DNA of 64,000 bases, taken from NCBI RefSeq assembly GCF_009914755.1, contig NC_060926.1; one strand, 5' to 3'. Below the pieces are notes generated by a model, which worked only from the letters and a program-made list of their open reading frames with translations, was not told the DNA's origin and did no database searches. A program made the position numbers and the translations under genes. Origin of the DNA: the human T2T-CHM13v2.0 reference genome, Homo sapiens. How positions within the stretch are numbered: the first letter of the stretch is position 1; each line of letters opens with the position of its first letter. Below, one piece after another: positions 33,567 through 52,276 of the stretch.

Positions 33567-35185
33567 TAATTTTATTTTAGAATACTTAATTGTCAAATAA
33601 AGATTGTATATATTCAAAGTGTAGAATGTGATGATTGATATATGTATATATTGTGTAATGATCACTACAATAAAATGAAGACATCCATCACCACCCATGC
33701 TTTACATTAGATTCCTAGAACATATTCATCATATAACTGAGTGTTTGTACCCTTTGACCAATATCTCCCATTTCCCTCACTCCCTAATCCCTGGTAATCA
33801 TTATTCTACTCTCCGCTTCTATAAGTTCAACTTTTTTAGATTCTGTATGTGAGATCACACAGCATTTGTCTTTCTGTGTCTGGTTTATTTCATGTGACAC
33901 AATTTCTCTAGGTCCCATCCATGTTGTCAGAAATGCAGAATTTCCTTCTTTTTTATGGCTGAATTATATTCCATTGTATATATGAACCACAATTTCTTTC
34001 TCCATTCATCCATTGATCAATACTTAGGTTGAGTCCATATCTTGGCTATTGTGAATAGTGCCGCAATGAACATGAGCATGCAGATATCTCTTTAACTGAT
34101 TTCATTTTCTTCAGTTACATAACCAGAGGTAGAACTGCTGGATCATATCATAGTTTTATTTTTAATGTTTTGGGTAACCTCTATATTATTTTCTGGTAAT
34201 GGCTGGACAAATTTACATTCCCACCAATAGTGTACAGGTGCTTTCTTTTCTCCGTATCCTCACCAACACTTATCCCTTGTCTTTTCTGGAAATAACCATC
34301 CTAACAGGTGTGATATTATATCTCACTGTGGTTTTGATTTGCATGTTTCCAATGATTAGTCATGTTGAGCATTTTTCATATATCCATTGACTGTAAGTCT
34401 TCTTTGGAAAATGTCCATTCAGGACCTTTGCACATTTTTTAATCAGATTATTTATTTATTCATTTATTTGCTATTGAGTTGTGTGAGTTCTTTATATTTT
34501 TTGGATATTGACTCCTTATTGGATATATGGTTTTCAAATATTTTCTCCCATTCTATTGTTAGCTGCCTCTTCCTTTTTTTGATTGTTGTGCAGAAGCTTT
34601 TTAGTTTGATGTAGTCCCACTTGTTTATTTTTGCTTTTGTTGCTTGTGCTCTTGGTGTCATGGCCAAAAAAAAAAAAAAAAAAAAAAATCATTGCTTCCA
34701 ATACAAAGAGCTTTTTGGCCATGTTTTCTGTTAGGAATTTTATGGTCTTAGATCTTATATGTAATTCTTAAATTTATTTCAAGTTAATTTTTGAATATGT
34801 TATAAAACAAGGATCCACTTTTATTATTTTGCATGTAGATATTCAATTTTCCCAACATCATTTGTTAAAGAGAGTTTCCTTTCCCCATTGCATGTTCTTG
34901 GTGCTTTTGTCAAAAATTAGTTGACTATTTATTTGCATGGGTTTATTTATGGGCATATTATTCTGTTCCATTGGTCTATGTGTTCAGTTTTATGCACGTA
35001 CTATCCTGTTTTCACTACTATAGCTTTGTAACATAGTTTGAAATCAGCAACTGTCTCCAGCTTTGTTCTTTCTCAAAATTGTTTTGGCTATTCAGGGTCT
35101 TTTTTGTTTCCATGTTAATTTTAGAATTGTTTTTTCTACTTATGTGAAAAATGTCATTGGAATTGTGATAAAAATTGCACTGAAA
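33567..35185 (-). mobile_element. L1MA/MB 3' portion (3' UTR plus ORF2 end, decayed)
   Basis: Minus-strand translation [24 protein letters not shown] is L1 ORF2p C-terminal sequence. Confidence 0.92.
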
Positions 35186-35230
35186 GCCCTTTAATAACCT
35201 TCTTTTATTTTTTTAAAATAAAATCTAAGC

Positions 35231-35534
<304 letters not shown>

Positions 35535-35951
35535 TGAAGCAGAGAATGGAGGAAGGTTGATTTTCATCAAAAAATTGGAGCATATCACAGTCTTCCGTTT
35601 TAGTTAAAAAAAAAAGTCACCTATAAGAAAAATTAAAGCTAAAACTATATTCTGGAGCCATGTTAATAGCTGATATGGTAAATTGCTGCAAATAGCAGTT
35701 CCTTTGTAAAAGCCAGAGAAGTTAGAGGAAAATACAGATAAAATAATAGCATTTGGGTTTCTTTCAATATGTATGGCTTAAGGCTCTTGAGCTTTCCTTT
35801 GATAAGAATCAGGTCCACAGCTGCTGCTTTTGTTAATGCCGTAATTTTGTAGTGAACTCATAATTTACTGGTTACCCGCTGTATGCAAGGCACTGTGGGA
35901 TGCATATGTCAAAGAGCGTGCCCACATTTCTTCAGCAACCAGCCACTGTGA

Positions 35952-36318
<367 letters not shown>

Positions 36319-36373
36319 TGACATAGCACCTAAACTTGGCAATTTACGGCCCAGTTAAGGTTTAGCTTTGTCT

Positions 36374-36807
36374 TGTTAAAAGAAAAACTTCAGCAGAATT
36401 AAATTTAAAGGCGTTTAACTGAGCAATGACCTCACGAAACAGGCAGCCCCCAGAATCACAGCAGATTCAGATAGGCTCCAGCACAGCCACGTGGTGGAAG
36501 AAGATTTATAGACAAAAAAAGGGAAGTGACATAGCAAAATCGGAAGTGAGGTTCAGAAACAACGGGATTGAGTACAGCTCAATAAGGTGTTTGACTTATT
36601 TGAATACAGTTTGAACACTAGGCAGTGTGTGAGTGGTTGGAGCACGGCTGCTGTGATTGGTCAAGACTCAATGATTGTTACAGGCAAATACTCCTAAGTT
36701 AGATTTTCAGTCTTGTCTACTTATTACATTAGGTTGCAGTTCATCTACAAGGACTCAAATATGGAAGTACAGAGTCCTTCTCAGGTCGTATTTAGTTTGC
36801 TTTAACA
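36374..36807 (-). mobile_element. MER57-like ERV1 solo LTR
   Basis: tgttaaa...tttaaca inverted termini; perfect 4-bp TSD gtct. Confidence 0.85.
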
Positions 36808-37040
36808 GTCTATTCTCTTATACATGCCTTGCACTGTGGGTTATTAATTTGGGTTAATTGTATGGCCAAGGTGGCTGGTCATGATGAGTCTGATGAGGAG
36901 GAATTTTACCCATTTAACAGTTGAGGAAAGTGAGGCTCAGAAACTCAGAAAGGTTTTTACTTTTTTAGGTTTGCCTAAAAATGGTATGACTTTGACTTAG
37001 GCAGAATTTAAATCCAGATCTATTTGGCTCCAAAGCCTTC

Positions 37041-37408
37041 GCCGTGGTCTGGGTCTGAGTATTTGTGGTCCCCGCAAAATTCCTATGTTGAAACCTAATT
37101 CCCAGGGTGACAGTATTAGGTGGTGGGGCCTTTGGGAAGTGATTAGGGCATGAAGGCAGAGTCCTCATTAATGAGATTAGGGTCCTTATAAAAGAGGCCT
37201 CAGTGGGCTCCCTTAACGTTTCACCATGTGAGGACACAGCTAGAAGGTGCCACCCCGAGCCTGAAAGTAGGCCCTCACCAGACACTGAATCTGCTCCACT
37301 TTGGTCTTGGACTTCTCAACCTCCAGAACCGTGAGAAAGAAATTTCTGTTATTTAAAAGGTACCCAGTTTATGGTATTTTATGACAGCAGCCCAGATGGA
37401 CAAAGGCA
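37041..37408 (+). mobile_element. MLT1A-like MaLR LTR
   Basis: aaattcctatgttgaaacctaa...ggtggggcctttgggaagtgattagg...ctccagaaccgtgagaaa. Confidence 0.85.
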
Positions 37409-37597
37409 GCCTTTTCTCATTTCAGCTCACTACGAGATCTCTTTAACAAAGAAATAAATTTGTTAACATGTTTTCCTATGTAGAATAATATGTTTTATAT
37501 TTGTTTAAAGAAATGTTTAGTGGGCTCCATCTCCCTACCCTGCAGCCAACCCTGTTTCTCCCCCTGCTGCCGTACTGCAAAAGTAAACAGGATCCTC

Positions 37598-37915
37598 TGA
37601 GGTTCTGTCGAGACAGTAGCCACAAGCCACATGTGGTCTATTGAGCCCTGGAAATGCATGTAGCTCGAATTGAGATATGCTGTAAAATGCTCACAGGATT
37701 TCAAAAACTTGCTAAGAAAAAGAGAACGTAAAATATCTCATTCATAAAGTTTGTATATCGATTATGTGTTGAAATGATAATACTATGGTTCTATGAGGCA
37801 AAATAAAACAAGAATTCAAATTCATTTCATCTGTTCCTTTTTCCTTGTTTGATAGAATGACTAGAAAGTTTAAAATAATCCATGCTGCTCACATTCTATT
37901 CCAAAGGATAGCTCT
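37598..37915. mobile_element. MER33-like hAT element
   Basis: gtagccacaagccacatgtgg...gaattgagatatgctgtaa...gtaaaatatctcatt...gttgaaatgataata. Confidence 0.75.
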
Positions 37916-38738
37916 TCTCTAAGGCACAGGCTGTACTTAGAGCTTCTCCTTTGTTGCTTTCTTCATAGATTAAGTTGCTATTATTGGGAGTTTAGGGAGG
38001 ATTTGCGAGAAGGAGGGCTGACAGCTTCTTAGCAGGCCTGGTGTTAGACGAGACCCTAATGCTGAGGACTTAACTAGGCTAATCCGCTTGAGCTGGAATT
38101 TAGTGCCCTCTGTCATTAATAGAGTTAAGCTCTTTAGCGAGCTTTGGCCTTTGAAAACACTACCTGTCTTTTTGGATTGTATCTTAAGGAATGTAAGAAA
38201 GGAGTGGGTGCGCAATAGTCAAAGAACAAAACAAAACATATTCTCACTCTGTTTTGTCAAAGGATAGTGCAAGTTCGATGTTTCTAAATTTGTCTTGAGT
38301 TTACCTGGGTGGCAGGCCAAGAGCTATTTCATTGCTTGCCTTCATTTATAAAGGAAATGCCTATGACTGTGTGACCATAGTCCTCTCTTTTTATACTACA
38401 GTTGAAAGAGATGGAAAAGTACATTTGCTTTGGAGAGGCTGAGAGACAGAAAGAAGCCCTGCAGGGAATATCACATTACCTCTTCCAGCTGGGAAAAAGA
38501 CAGCTGGCCCAAGATGGGATTTCAGCCCTGTTTTTAAATAAGCAAACAATCTAATCATGCCATAGAATAATAATAAAATGAAAGTGGAGAGACAAATCCA
38601 GGTCAACTCCCCACATTCAGCAGCTGCAGATACAGAGGCCCAGGGAGGCTGGGCCAGTTGAGGTCACTGAACTCCACTACAGGGGTAGCCGATATCTCTA
38701 AGTGGTAGAGTTGGGACACAGCTTCACAGATAATTAGT

Positions 38739-38889
38739 TCAGGGCTCTCAAACTGCTATGTACATTAGAATCACCTGGAGAGTGTTAAAATCCCCATGCC
38801 CAAAACCGTCCTCCAGACCAGTGAAGTCATCAGTGGTTGGAAAGTTTCCCAGGTGATTCCAAATTGCAGCCAAGTTTGAGAACCACTGA
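38739..38889. mobile_element. MER5A
   Basis: ctcaaactgc...acattagaatcacctggaga...ccaggtgattc...agtttgagaaccactg. Confidence 0.8.
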
Positions 38890-39049
38890 TCTAGGTCACT
38901 CCCCTTGTTTCTGCAGATACTGGGACCTAAAGAAGATGAGAGAATTTTGCTCAAGTTCCTAGAGCTAGTAAGTGTCTGAGCGGGGACAAACCTTTTCTTT
39001 TCTGACTCTCAATTTTGTCCTTTCCTTTCTCTGCTTTCTCAGTTCACTA

Positions 39050-39363
<314 letters not shown>

Positions 39364-40302
39364 TGACATCACTTTGCCTTCCTCAGATATGTCCTTATTT
39401 CAGATCTTTGCAGAGGCATCTCCTTCTCATTAGCATCTCGGCTTCCATGCAACATTTCTTGAGAGAGGGTGCCCTGACCACCCATACCACCTCCCATATC
39501 AGAGCATCACTGTTTTTCTTTTGGGCACTTATCTCTGTCCAACATCATCCCATGTGTTGTCTGCTTTCCCCATTAGACCACATCTTGTTGGCCAGGGTCA
39601 CAGTTCTCTTGCCAGCTCCTGCAATTGTCCCTGGCCTGTTGTAGTGGTCAGTAAATATTTGTGAAATAAAAGAATGTTGAATGGATTTTTAATAGTGACA
39701 TTCTCCTAGATGGTTGTCTTCTAAGGGTATAATTTCAAGGGAAGTATACTTCCTATTATGTAAGTTGGAGAAAATATTATTTAATTTTGGGAAACATATT
39801 TTCCAGCTCAACTCTTCCAAATCACATCTGTTCCATCATGTGAGGCTCATCTGGGTGGACAATTTGAATTTACTTCAGCTGAAAAACTCCTAGGCTATTT
39901 AAAGGGACAACATTTTATCATGATCCAAAAATGGACTTTGATTAGACAATGGAGTGTGATTGGAATAAGAAAGTGCCATGTGACTAAATGGAAACATTTG
40001 CTGCCAGTGAAAATCAAATTATAATTGCTCTTCTTGCAGTTGGATGAATTAACAATGTGGCAATTAAAGAAAGCTTTCCAGGTGAATAATATTACATACA
40101 TAAATTAACCAGGGCTGCAGGCTACACAATGATGGCCTTCAGTGTATTTGTGGGCCCTCATATTCATGAATTCTATAAAATGGCATAAAGGGACCCTAGG
40201 AATACTCAGAGGCCACAGCCAATTCTCAAATGTATTAATGGAAAGCTACAATAAACATGACCCCCATCCCATTCAATGGGGTGAATATATGTGGGGTTTA
40301 GA

Positions 40303-40473
40303 GCCTGGTTACTCAAAAGTGTTCTTCCTAGAGCAGCAGCATCAGCATCACCTTGAAGCCTTTTACACAGACAAAATTTCTGAGACCACGCTCCTGGCCT
40401 ACTGAGCCAGAACATGCGCTTTAACAAGATCCCCAAGGGAATTCATATGCACGCACATTTGAGAAGAATCAGT
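40303..40473. mobile_element. MER5B-like
   Basis: ctcaaaagtg...agcagcatcagcatcacc...tttaacaagatcccc...tttgagaa. Confidence 0.7.
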
Positions 40474-40502
40474 CTAGATTTAGACTCTAGATCTCTGGAC
40501 AA

Positions 40503-41065
<563 letters not shown>

Positions 41066-41249
41066 TAAGCAAATTATAGACTATAAGCATTGGCCAATGA
41101 GAACTAACTGCAGTATCCATAAAACTGAAACTTGAAAGATGAAATAATTTGAAAATCAGTAATAACTCAATAGCCATGCACATAACTGATGAGTGGCAAA
41201 AAAGAAAATCTATCTTGAGAAGCTAAGGATTTAATAGCAAAGATTTTTT

Positions 41250-41435
41250 TCTTTCTTTCTTCTTTTTTTTTTTTTTTTTTTTTTTTGAGATGAGGTCTCA
41301 CTCTGTCTCCCAGACTGGAGTGCAGTGGTGTGATCATAGCTCACTGCAGACTTGAACTCCTGGGCTCAAGTGAAATTCTTCTGCCTTAGCCTTCTGAGTA
41401 GCTGGGACTAAAGGCATGAGCCATCACACCCAGCT
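41250..41435 (-). mobile_element. Monomeric Alu (FRAM-like or arm-deleted)
   Basis: Single arm; TSD gcaaagattttt. Confidence 0.85.
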
Positions 41436-42665
41436 GCAAAGATTTTTTTAAAAATAAACTAAACCCACTGTCATCAACCTCACCCTACTCGTCTCCTCCT
41501 GTCCTCTCTGCACCTTGCTCTGGTCAAAACATTGCTTCCTGCTTCCTGTAAACCTCCATGCCTTTGTGCAGTGTTTTCTCTGCCTGGAATGTCCTTTCCC
41601 CTCTCCTTCATCTGGCATTTTTCTACCTCTTATAGCCCCAAAATGTCATTGGCTGCTGCTCTTCTGAGCACTGCCCCTTTCCCTCCTGGCCTCATTCCTC
41701 CCCTTTCAGCCTCCAGCATCTCTCACTATTGCACACACATTCCTGGGTGTCCATGTCTGTCCGTACCTGCCCTTTGCTTAAGAGCCTACCCTGGGGGAAT
41801 TACCAGGACTGAATCCCACTCCAGAGTCTCTGTTCATTGGGCTGGGTGAGGCCTGGGCATTTGTATTTTCAAGCACCTAAGCCAGCGTTAAGAACCATTG
41901 TTCTCAGACAGAGGCCAGTCTCCTCAACTCAGGGAACTCTGAGGCTGCCCTAACCAGAGTCTCTATTTCAGAATCATTTCTCACCCTCAGCATCTTGACC
42001 TCTTTACTTCCTAGCCATATTCCCAAATGCTCCATTCACACACAAAACCAAAAGAACAACTGCAATAATTTTCCTTAATAACTTAAGTCTATTTGTTTAA
42101 ATTTTGGAAAAGACAGGGAATGATGAAGCTGAAATTGATTCACCACTAATCCCAGAGCCAAGGGGTAACCACTGGCATATTTTAGTATTTCCTATCAGTA
42201 CTGTCCTGGGGCATAGTCATCCATAAAGTCACACCCTGTCCTGCAGATGTGCCTCTCTTCATATGACTACTCCTCCTTGGAATGTCTGCCCCCACCTCCA
42301 TCCCTTAGCAAGCTACTGGAAAGTCCTCCATGCCTTCACTCTAAGCGTCTTTTTCAACGTATTTTCCTGACTAATCTCAGGTAGATGGAATGTCTTCTCT
42401 CATATCTTCGTTTCTATAGGACTGTACATCCACCTTGATTTTGGTGCTGATTACAAGCTGAAAGTCTCCTGCAGGACTGTGAGATCTATGAGTGTAGGGA
42501 TTCATGAATTTTTCTCATGCATGCTTTTTGGTTTGCATTTTAATCCCTGATGCATAGCACAGGGCCTGGCTGGAAGACAGCTGTAGTCAATGTTTATTGA
42601 ATGTTGAATTTGCTTCCGCAATTGAATTAGAGAATAAGATATGCTCCTTGGTGAAGCCATTCTAG

Positions 42666-43020
<355 letters not shown>

Positions 43021-43077
43021 CGGCCTACAAATATATTTTAATTTGGCTTTCTTCCTTTTTATGCTTAACATTATTCA

Positions 43078-43464
<387 letters not shown>

Positions 43465-43558
43465 TCATGTGTTTTAGAATTAGGCTATATAAGAGATGGA
43501 TGGATGGAGTTAAGGGGGCATGAGAGCAGCAGCTTTGCCCTTTAACAACAAGAACAAG

Positions 43559-43887
<329 letters not shown>

Positions 43888-44069
43888 CTAGGGCCCTCCC
43901 AAGCCCCAGAGGGGACCTTTGAGCTCTTTGTGCTGAATAGACTTGGCTTTACCTGGGAATGATGCTTTACTCAGAGTATGCTTCTGTCTTAAAGGGGCTC
44001 CAACATTCACAGCAGAAACACCACAGAGGAACAAGAGGAGGACATATGAACTCTCGCATTAACAGTAAC

Positions 44070-44423
44070 TGCATTAGTCCGTTCTCAGGCTGCTATAAAG
44101 AACTGCCTGAGACTGGGTAATTTATAAAGGAAAGAGGTTTAATCGACTTACAGTTCCTCATGGCTGGGGAGGCCTCAGGAAACTTACAATCATGGTGGAA
44201 GGGGAAGCAAACACATCCTTCTCCACGTGATGGCAGGAAGAAGTGCTGAGCAAAGGGGGAAAAGCCTCTTATAAAACCATCAGATCTCGTGAGAACAGGA
44301 GCATGGAGGTAATCGCCCCTGTGATTCAATTACTTCCCACCAGGTACCTCCCATGATACATGGGGATTATGGGAACTACAATTCAAGATGAGATTTGGGT
44401 GGGGACACAGCCAAATCATATCA
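44070..44423 (-). mobile_element. THE1D-like solo LTR
   Basis: tgcattagtcc...catatca termini; TSD gtaac/gttac. Confidence 0.9.
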
Positions 44424-44619
44424 GTTACTTTGTTCACAACTACCACAGTTATATGCATTTTCCCATTTATTATCTGGGGCATAAAGATCCCAAATAGCAA
44501 TAGTGAAAATCAGTAGATTCTACATGAAAAATATCTACTATTTGAAATAAAATATTTAATCAACCTAAATTGTTAATATTCTTACATTCTTAAAAGGCTT
44601 GCCAGGTATAGTGGCTCAT

Positions 44620-45500
<881 letters not shown>

Positions 45501-45974
45501 CAAATGTTACCATGCCAGGGAAGTACAATAGGTAATTCAGAGCTTCAGAAAAGAAAAAAATGCTAAATTCTAAGCAAGGCAATGTCCTTACGTAAACTAA
45601 TTATCGTTATTGACAATTAAGATAGCAAGACTGCCCCCTAAATCCTCCCTGACAGCTTCCATTACATTTTAGTATCACAAAAACTCTCTGCAGTCATTGT
45701 GTTAGAACTGCTTGCAATTGTGTCCTGACAATTTGTTGGCTCATAGGGGACTGGGATTAAAAAAAAACAATGAGCCGTTTCAATTGCATTTCAACAAAAA
45801 ATGGGACACTGCTGTTTGCAGCTTCCTCCAAGCTAAATTTCAAGGGACAAAATGAGGTTGATATTTGAACACGGGCTGATGCTGACTTGTTTGTTCTGCT
45901 AGGCCCGGCCATTGGCGTCTATGCTAGATGAAGGGTGCTTCCAGACCAAGTTCGTTTCTAGAACTTTTGAGGAA

Positions 45975-46175
45975 ACTAGCTTTGGAGTCAGACAGACCTC
46001 TTCAGTATGATCTTGGGTAAATTATTTCACCTTTCTGAGCCTCAGGTTTTTTGTTAAAATAAGGCATAATGATACAAACTCATGCCAAGGGTATCTTGGG
46101 ATTGAATGAGATCTGGCATACAAGCACTTAGCACAGTGTCTGCAGTGTGTGGTCTCAGTAAATGGTGGCAATTAT
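45975..46175 (+). mobile_element. MIR
   Basis: gctttggagtcagacagacct...tctgagcctcaggtt...agcacttagcacagtgtctg. Confidence 0.85.
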
Positions 46176-46617
46176 GATAGCTCCACATTGTATCCATCAT
46201 AATACATTTATGAATGTCCTGGGTGTCCTGAGTCAGGTCTGAACCTTTTCAGAGTTCATGAACCCCTGGAGGAGCTAAGAGCTTGCCCACAGGTAGACCT
46301 GGTTGACTCCTTTTTCAGGTCTGGACTTGGAGTTCCAAAGAAAGTCAGAAATAGATAGAAAACAAAAGATTAAAGAAATCTTTTCATTGGTTCTCCAGAG
46401 CTAAGTCTTGGGATTTTACTCTCCAGAGACAGTAGCCTTCTTTAATAATCTAGGTGTTATTCTGGGATTACTTAGAATGAATTCTCCTAAATCTTTAATT
46501 TTAAAGACCCCAAATAAAGACTTTACTATGTTTTCTGTTGAGCCTGATTGACTGAAGGTTTTGATGGGGAATATTATTCCTAATGCTACACCGGAGATAC
46601 TCAAAATAGTAGTGACT

Positions 46618-47010
46618 CAGAGTGTGGCAGCTTACATCTGTAATCCCAGCATTTTGGAAGGCCAGGGTGGGAGGATCACTTGAGCCCAGGAATTGGAGAC
46701 CAGCCTGGGCAACATAGGGATACATGTCTCTATAAAAAAGAGATATGTATCTTTTATATTAAAAAAAAAAACACGGGATACCTTGTCCCTATAAAAAATT
46801 TTAAAAAGTAGCCAGGTGTGGTGGTGTACACCTGTAGTCCCAGCTACTTATAAGGCTGAAGCAGAAAGATCAGTTGAACCTGGGAGGTCGAGGCTGCAGT
46901 GAGCCGTGATTACACTACTGCCCTCCAGCCTGGGCAACAGAGCAAGACCTTGTCTCCAAAAAATAAATAAATAAACAAATAAAAAGAAAAGAAAAATACT
47001 AAAATTAAAA
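46618..47010 (+). mobile_element. AluJ with rearranged middle region
   Basis: TSD aaaatagtagtgact. Confidence 0.9.
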
Positions 47011-47024
47011 AAAATAGTAGTGAC

Positions 47025-47465
47025 TAAGACAAGATGAAATTTCATCTCACTCTCGTATAATAGTCACATAAGTGTCCAGGGCTGGCATGGTGGCTCCACA
47101 ATCCTCAGGAGCCTAGGCTCCTCCGATCTTACTGCTTTTCTGTCTGTAATGTGTGACTTTCACCTCTTGGTCCAAGATGGCTGCTCCAGCTCCCACAATC
47201 CCAAGCAATGGGAATGGGGAGGGGAGGGAAATGCAGAGTGAGGCTATAACCCTTTCCTTTTAGGGCAAAACTTGAAAGTTCACCCCAACACTTATTTTCA
47301 TTCCATTGCCTGAACTTAATCACACACCCACATCTGCCTGCAAAGAATACTGAGAAATGTGATCGTGATTTGGGATGGGCATGTGCCCAGCTAAAAACTG
47401 GAGATTCGGTTAGTATGTGAAAGAAGGGAAAGATAGAAGGAAAAAGACAACAATCTTTGTCAACA
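47025..47465 (-). mobile_element. MLT1J-like LTR
   Basis: tccagggctggcatggtggctccac...caagatggctgctccagctcc...ctgagaaatgtg. Confidence 0.65.
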
Positions 47466-48388
47466 TTCACCATCCATGCAAGCCCACTGCTGTCAGAGAT
47501 GAATGGGGATTGTATCTCATGACAAAAGCTTCACTAGCTCACACACTTTCAGTGACTTTTTCCTGATTGTGTTTCCTACATTCACAAAACACTTCTGGCT
47601 GAAAAACAGTGGCCGTCCCAGTCATTGACTACCACATGTGTTATTGAAGAAATTTTCCTACATTAAAATATTTTTAAGGCTGGGTGCAGTGGCTCATGCC
47701 TGAATTCCAGCACTTTGGGATGCTGAGGCTGGAGGATCACTTGAGCTCAGGAGTTTGAGACCAGCCTGGGCAACATAGTGAGACCTTTTTTTTTTTTAAT
47801 CAAAAGAAAAAAAAATCTTAAAAAAAAGGTTGTGAAAGTAAAATATAGAAAAAACTTAATACAAAAAGATAGCTTCTCTATAGTCTCATCCATCCAGAGG
47901 TAAAACTGAAAACTGTTAGCATTTTGGTGTATACTTTTCATGTGATTTTATATTATTTCTCTTTATACATATGTAATATATATAGAATTATACCATATGA
48001 GTTAATTTAAAATTTCCTCAGTTGCTTTATATGTCAATTACATGTTTTCATTCCATCAGCTATTCTTTCTTTCTTTTTTTTTTTAAGAGACAGAGTTAGG
48101 GTCTTGCTCTGTTGCCTAGGCTAGAGTACAGAGGCACAATTATAGCTCACTACAGACTTCAACTTCTGGGCTCAAGTGATCCTCTCTCCTTGGCCTCCCA
48201 AAACACTGAAATTTCTGGCCATCAGGTATTCTATAGCATCATTTTTCCTGTTTTGTAAGGTATCATTTACATACAATAAAACTGGCCAATTTTAAGTGAA
48301 AAGTTTGATGACTTTGGGTAATAGTATACAATCTTGAGATCATCATAACAAGATAAAGAACAGTTCTTAATTTTAAAAAGTTATCTGT

Positions 48389-48695
<307 letters not shown>

Positions 48696-49200
48696 ACAAA
48701 GTGCATTCTTAAATAAGGGCTCCCAAATTTGTCTCACTGAAGGATGCCTATTGATGTGCGAAAGCTTCTGAACATATTTTCATATTGTGTTGCCTCTTTG
48801 ATTTAATTGTTGTATTTATTATATTAGAGACAGGGTCTTGAACTCCTGGTCTCAAGCAATTCTCCTGCCTGGGCCTCCCAAAGTGCTGGGATTATAGGTG
48901 TTAAGGCCACTGTGCCGGCAAATTGCCTCTTTTAAAAGACTCTTTATAAAAGGTAAATGAAAAGCTTAAGTGATAAGGAAAATTGAATCTGCTAATCTTT
49001 TGGCTTAGTTACTGTTGTGTTCTAAAGGTTAAAGAAAGCTGTCCTGGGTATTTGTACATATAAAGTGTTTATAAAAGGTAAGCCCTCAGGTTAAGTAGGT
49101 TTGTTTCTTTTTCAGATCTGCCCATGCTGAGTCCATACATACAGAATGCCTTTTTCACCATCTTGCTTGATTGGTTCTCTGCTAAACTCGGTAATTTTAA

Positions 49201-49846
<646 letters not shown>

Positions 49847-50159
49847 AGAAGCTAAATTTTTAAAAAATAAACAAACACCCTTGAACCAGATGGGTCTCCA
49901 AAATATACCTTTCTGGCATTCAACTGGCTATTTTTAAAGACTTTTGTTAAAACGATTTATATCCATAAAGGAAATCTCCTTCTGTGAGGATGTCTGCCTC
50001 TGTGCACCTGGAAAAAGGGGAGGGCTGAGACAAGTCTTACCTTCGTTTAGGTGCTTTTCCTGGCCAACGTGTCTTGAAATTGAGCTTTCAGCTATACTCT
50101 CTAGGTTTGGGCAAATTATGGTACAATATTTAGGCCTGAAGTCTGGCTTTCTGCTTTTT

Positions 50160-50482
50160 GTTGTTATTGTTGTTGTTTGTTTTTCTGTTTTTTTGAGACA
50201 GAGTCTCGCTCAGCTGCCCAGGCTGGACTGCAGTAGTGCGATATCAGCTCACTGCAACCACCATCTCTACGGTTCAAGCGATTCTCCCGTCTCACGTCTC
50301 AGCCTCCCAAGTAGCTGGGATTACAGGCACCCACCATGACTCCCAGCTAAATTTTATATTTTAGTAGCGACAGGGTTTTACCATATTGGCCAGGCTGGTC
50401 TTGAACTTCTGACCTCAGTTGAACCCCCCTCCTCGGCCTCCCAAAGTGCTAGGATTACAGGCGTGAGCCACTGCACCTGGCC
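50160..50482 (-). mobile_element. AluS
   Basis: TSD gctttctgctttt. Confidence 0.93.
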
Positions 50483-50955
50483 ATGCTTTCTGCTTTTGAG
50501 ATGAGATGTATGAATACATTTTTTCTGCCTTGTTTCACCTAGAAGCCATCCATTTGAGGGTGCAGATTTTGGGTTGCTTAGCTGACCATTGTTTAGGCAA
50601 TTAAACAGTTAATTGGAAAACCGATGGTCAAAAAGGAAGAAATGTATTAAGATTTAGAACAGAAGAAACAAATAAAACAACTACAGAATGAGAATAAAAT
50701 TACTGAGGTTATAAAAATACAGATTTAACAAGTTTTTTGTAAACTAGCATTAATTAATGGCACTAATGACTTACTGACCCAATATCAGAAAATACTCTTT
50801 AAATGTCCTGAAGTCCCTTGGAAATGTAAATCTTGTCTGAAATGCTGACATCCAGCGAATTAGGTAAGCAGCATTCCAGCTGAAATAAGATCTGAAATAA
50901 GTTAAAACTCTTTAAATGCTCAAACTACCTGCTTTGGATTCCCTGTAGGATTTTA

Positions 50956-51352
<397 letters not shown>

Positions 51353-51938
51353 GTCCCACTTGCTTTAATTTATTCCTATGATTTATGTTACCTTGGCATT
51401 CGTTTCAATTCCCCTTTAAAATGCCCAGGCTTCTTGGAGAGGCTTGAGTTCTCCGAGTGTGCTAGAGTGTAAATATGCTACCTCGTTTTCTCTAAAATTC
51501 GGTAAGGGTTTCAGCCATGTGGAGAAGATAAGTTTCAGCCTGTTCCATTTGTAGAGATACAGTTTGAATCCAACTGACCCTTTAAACTAGTGAGTTTTAC
51601 CTGATTCATGGCTAAAGTTTTAAAACTAAAGCTATAAAATCCTTATGTCTGTCTATATTTTTGTGTATACATGTGTACACACATCTGTTTGTGTATTGTC
51701 TATAGTACAAATTTGGCTTATAAATAAAGGAGCATTCATAAATTAATTAAATAAGCCAGATGCTTTTCAAGTTCACATGACTTAGTAATCTTTTGTTGGA
51801 TGGGACAAGTCTAATATTATTGGTTTGATGGGAATGACTGTTTCTTCTCAATTATCAGCAAAATGCGCATGTATTAAGTTTAAAGTTCTTGCTTTTATGA
51901 TACTTGCCTGGCATACAGTAATGTAAAATTGGTTGACA

Positions 51939-52276
<338 letters not shown>

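Noticed and set aside
34464-34667. ORF resembling L1 ORF2p
   Set aside because: Short decayed piece of an old truncated L1; not a functional CDS.
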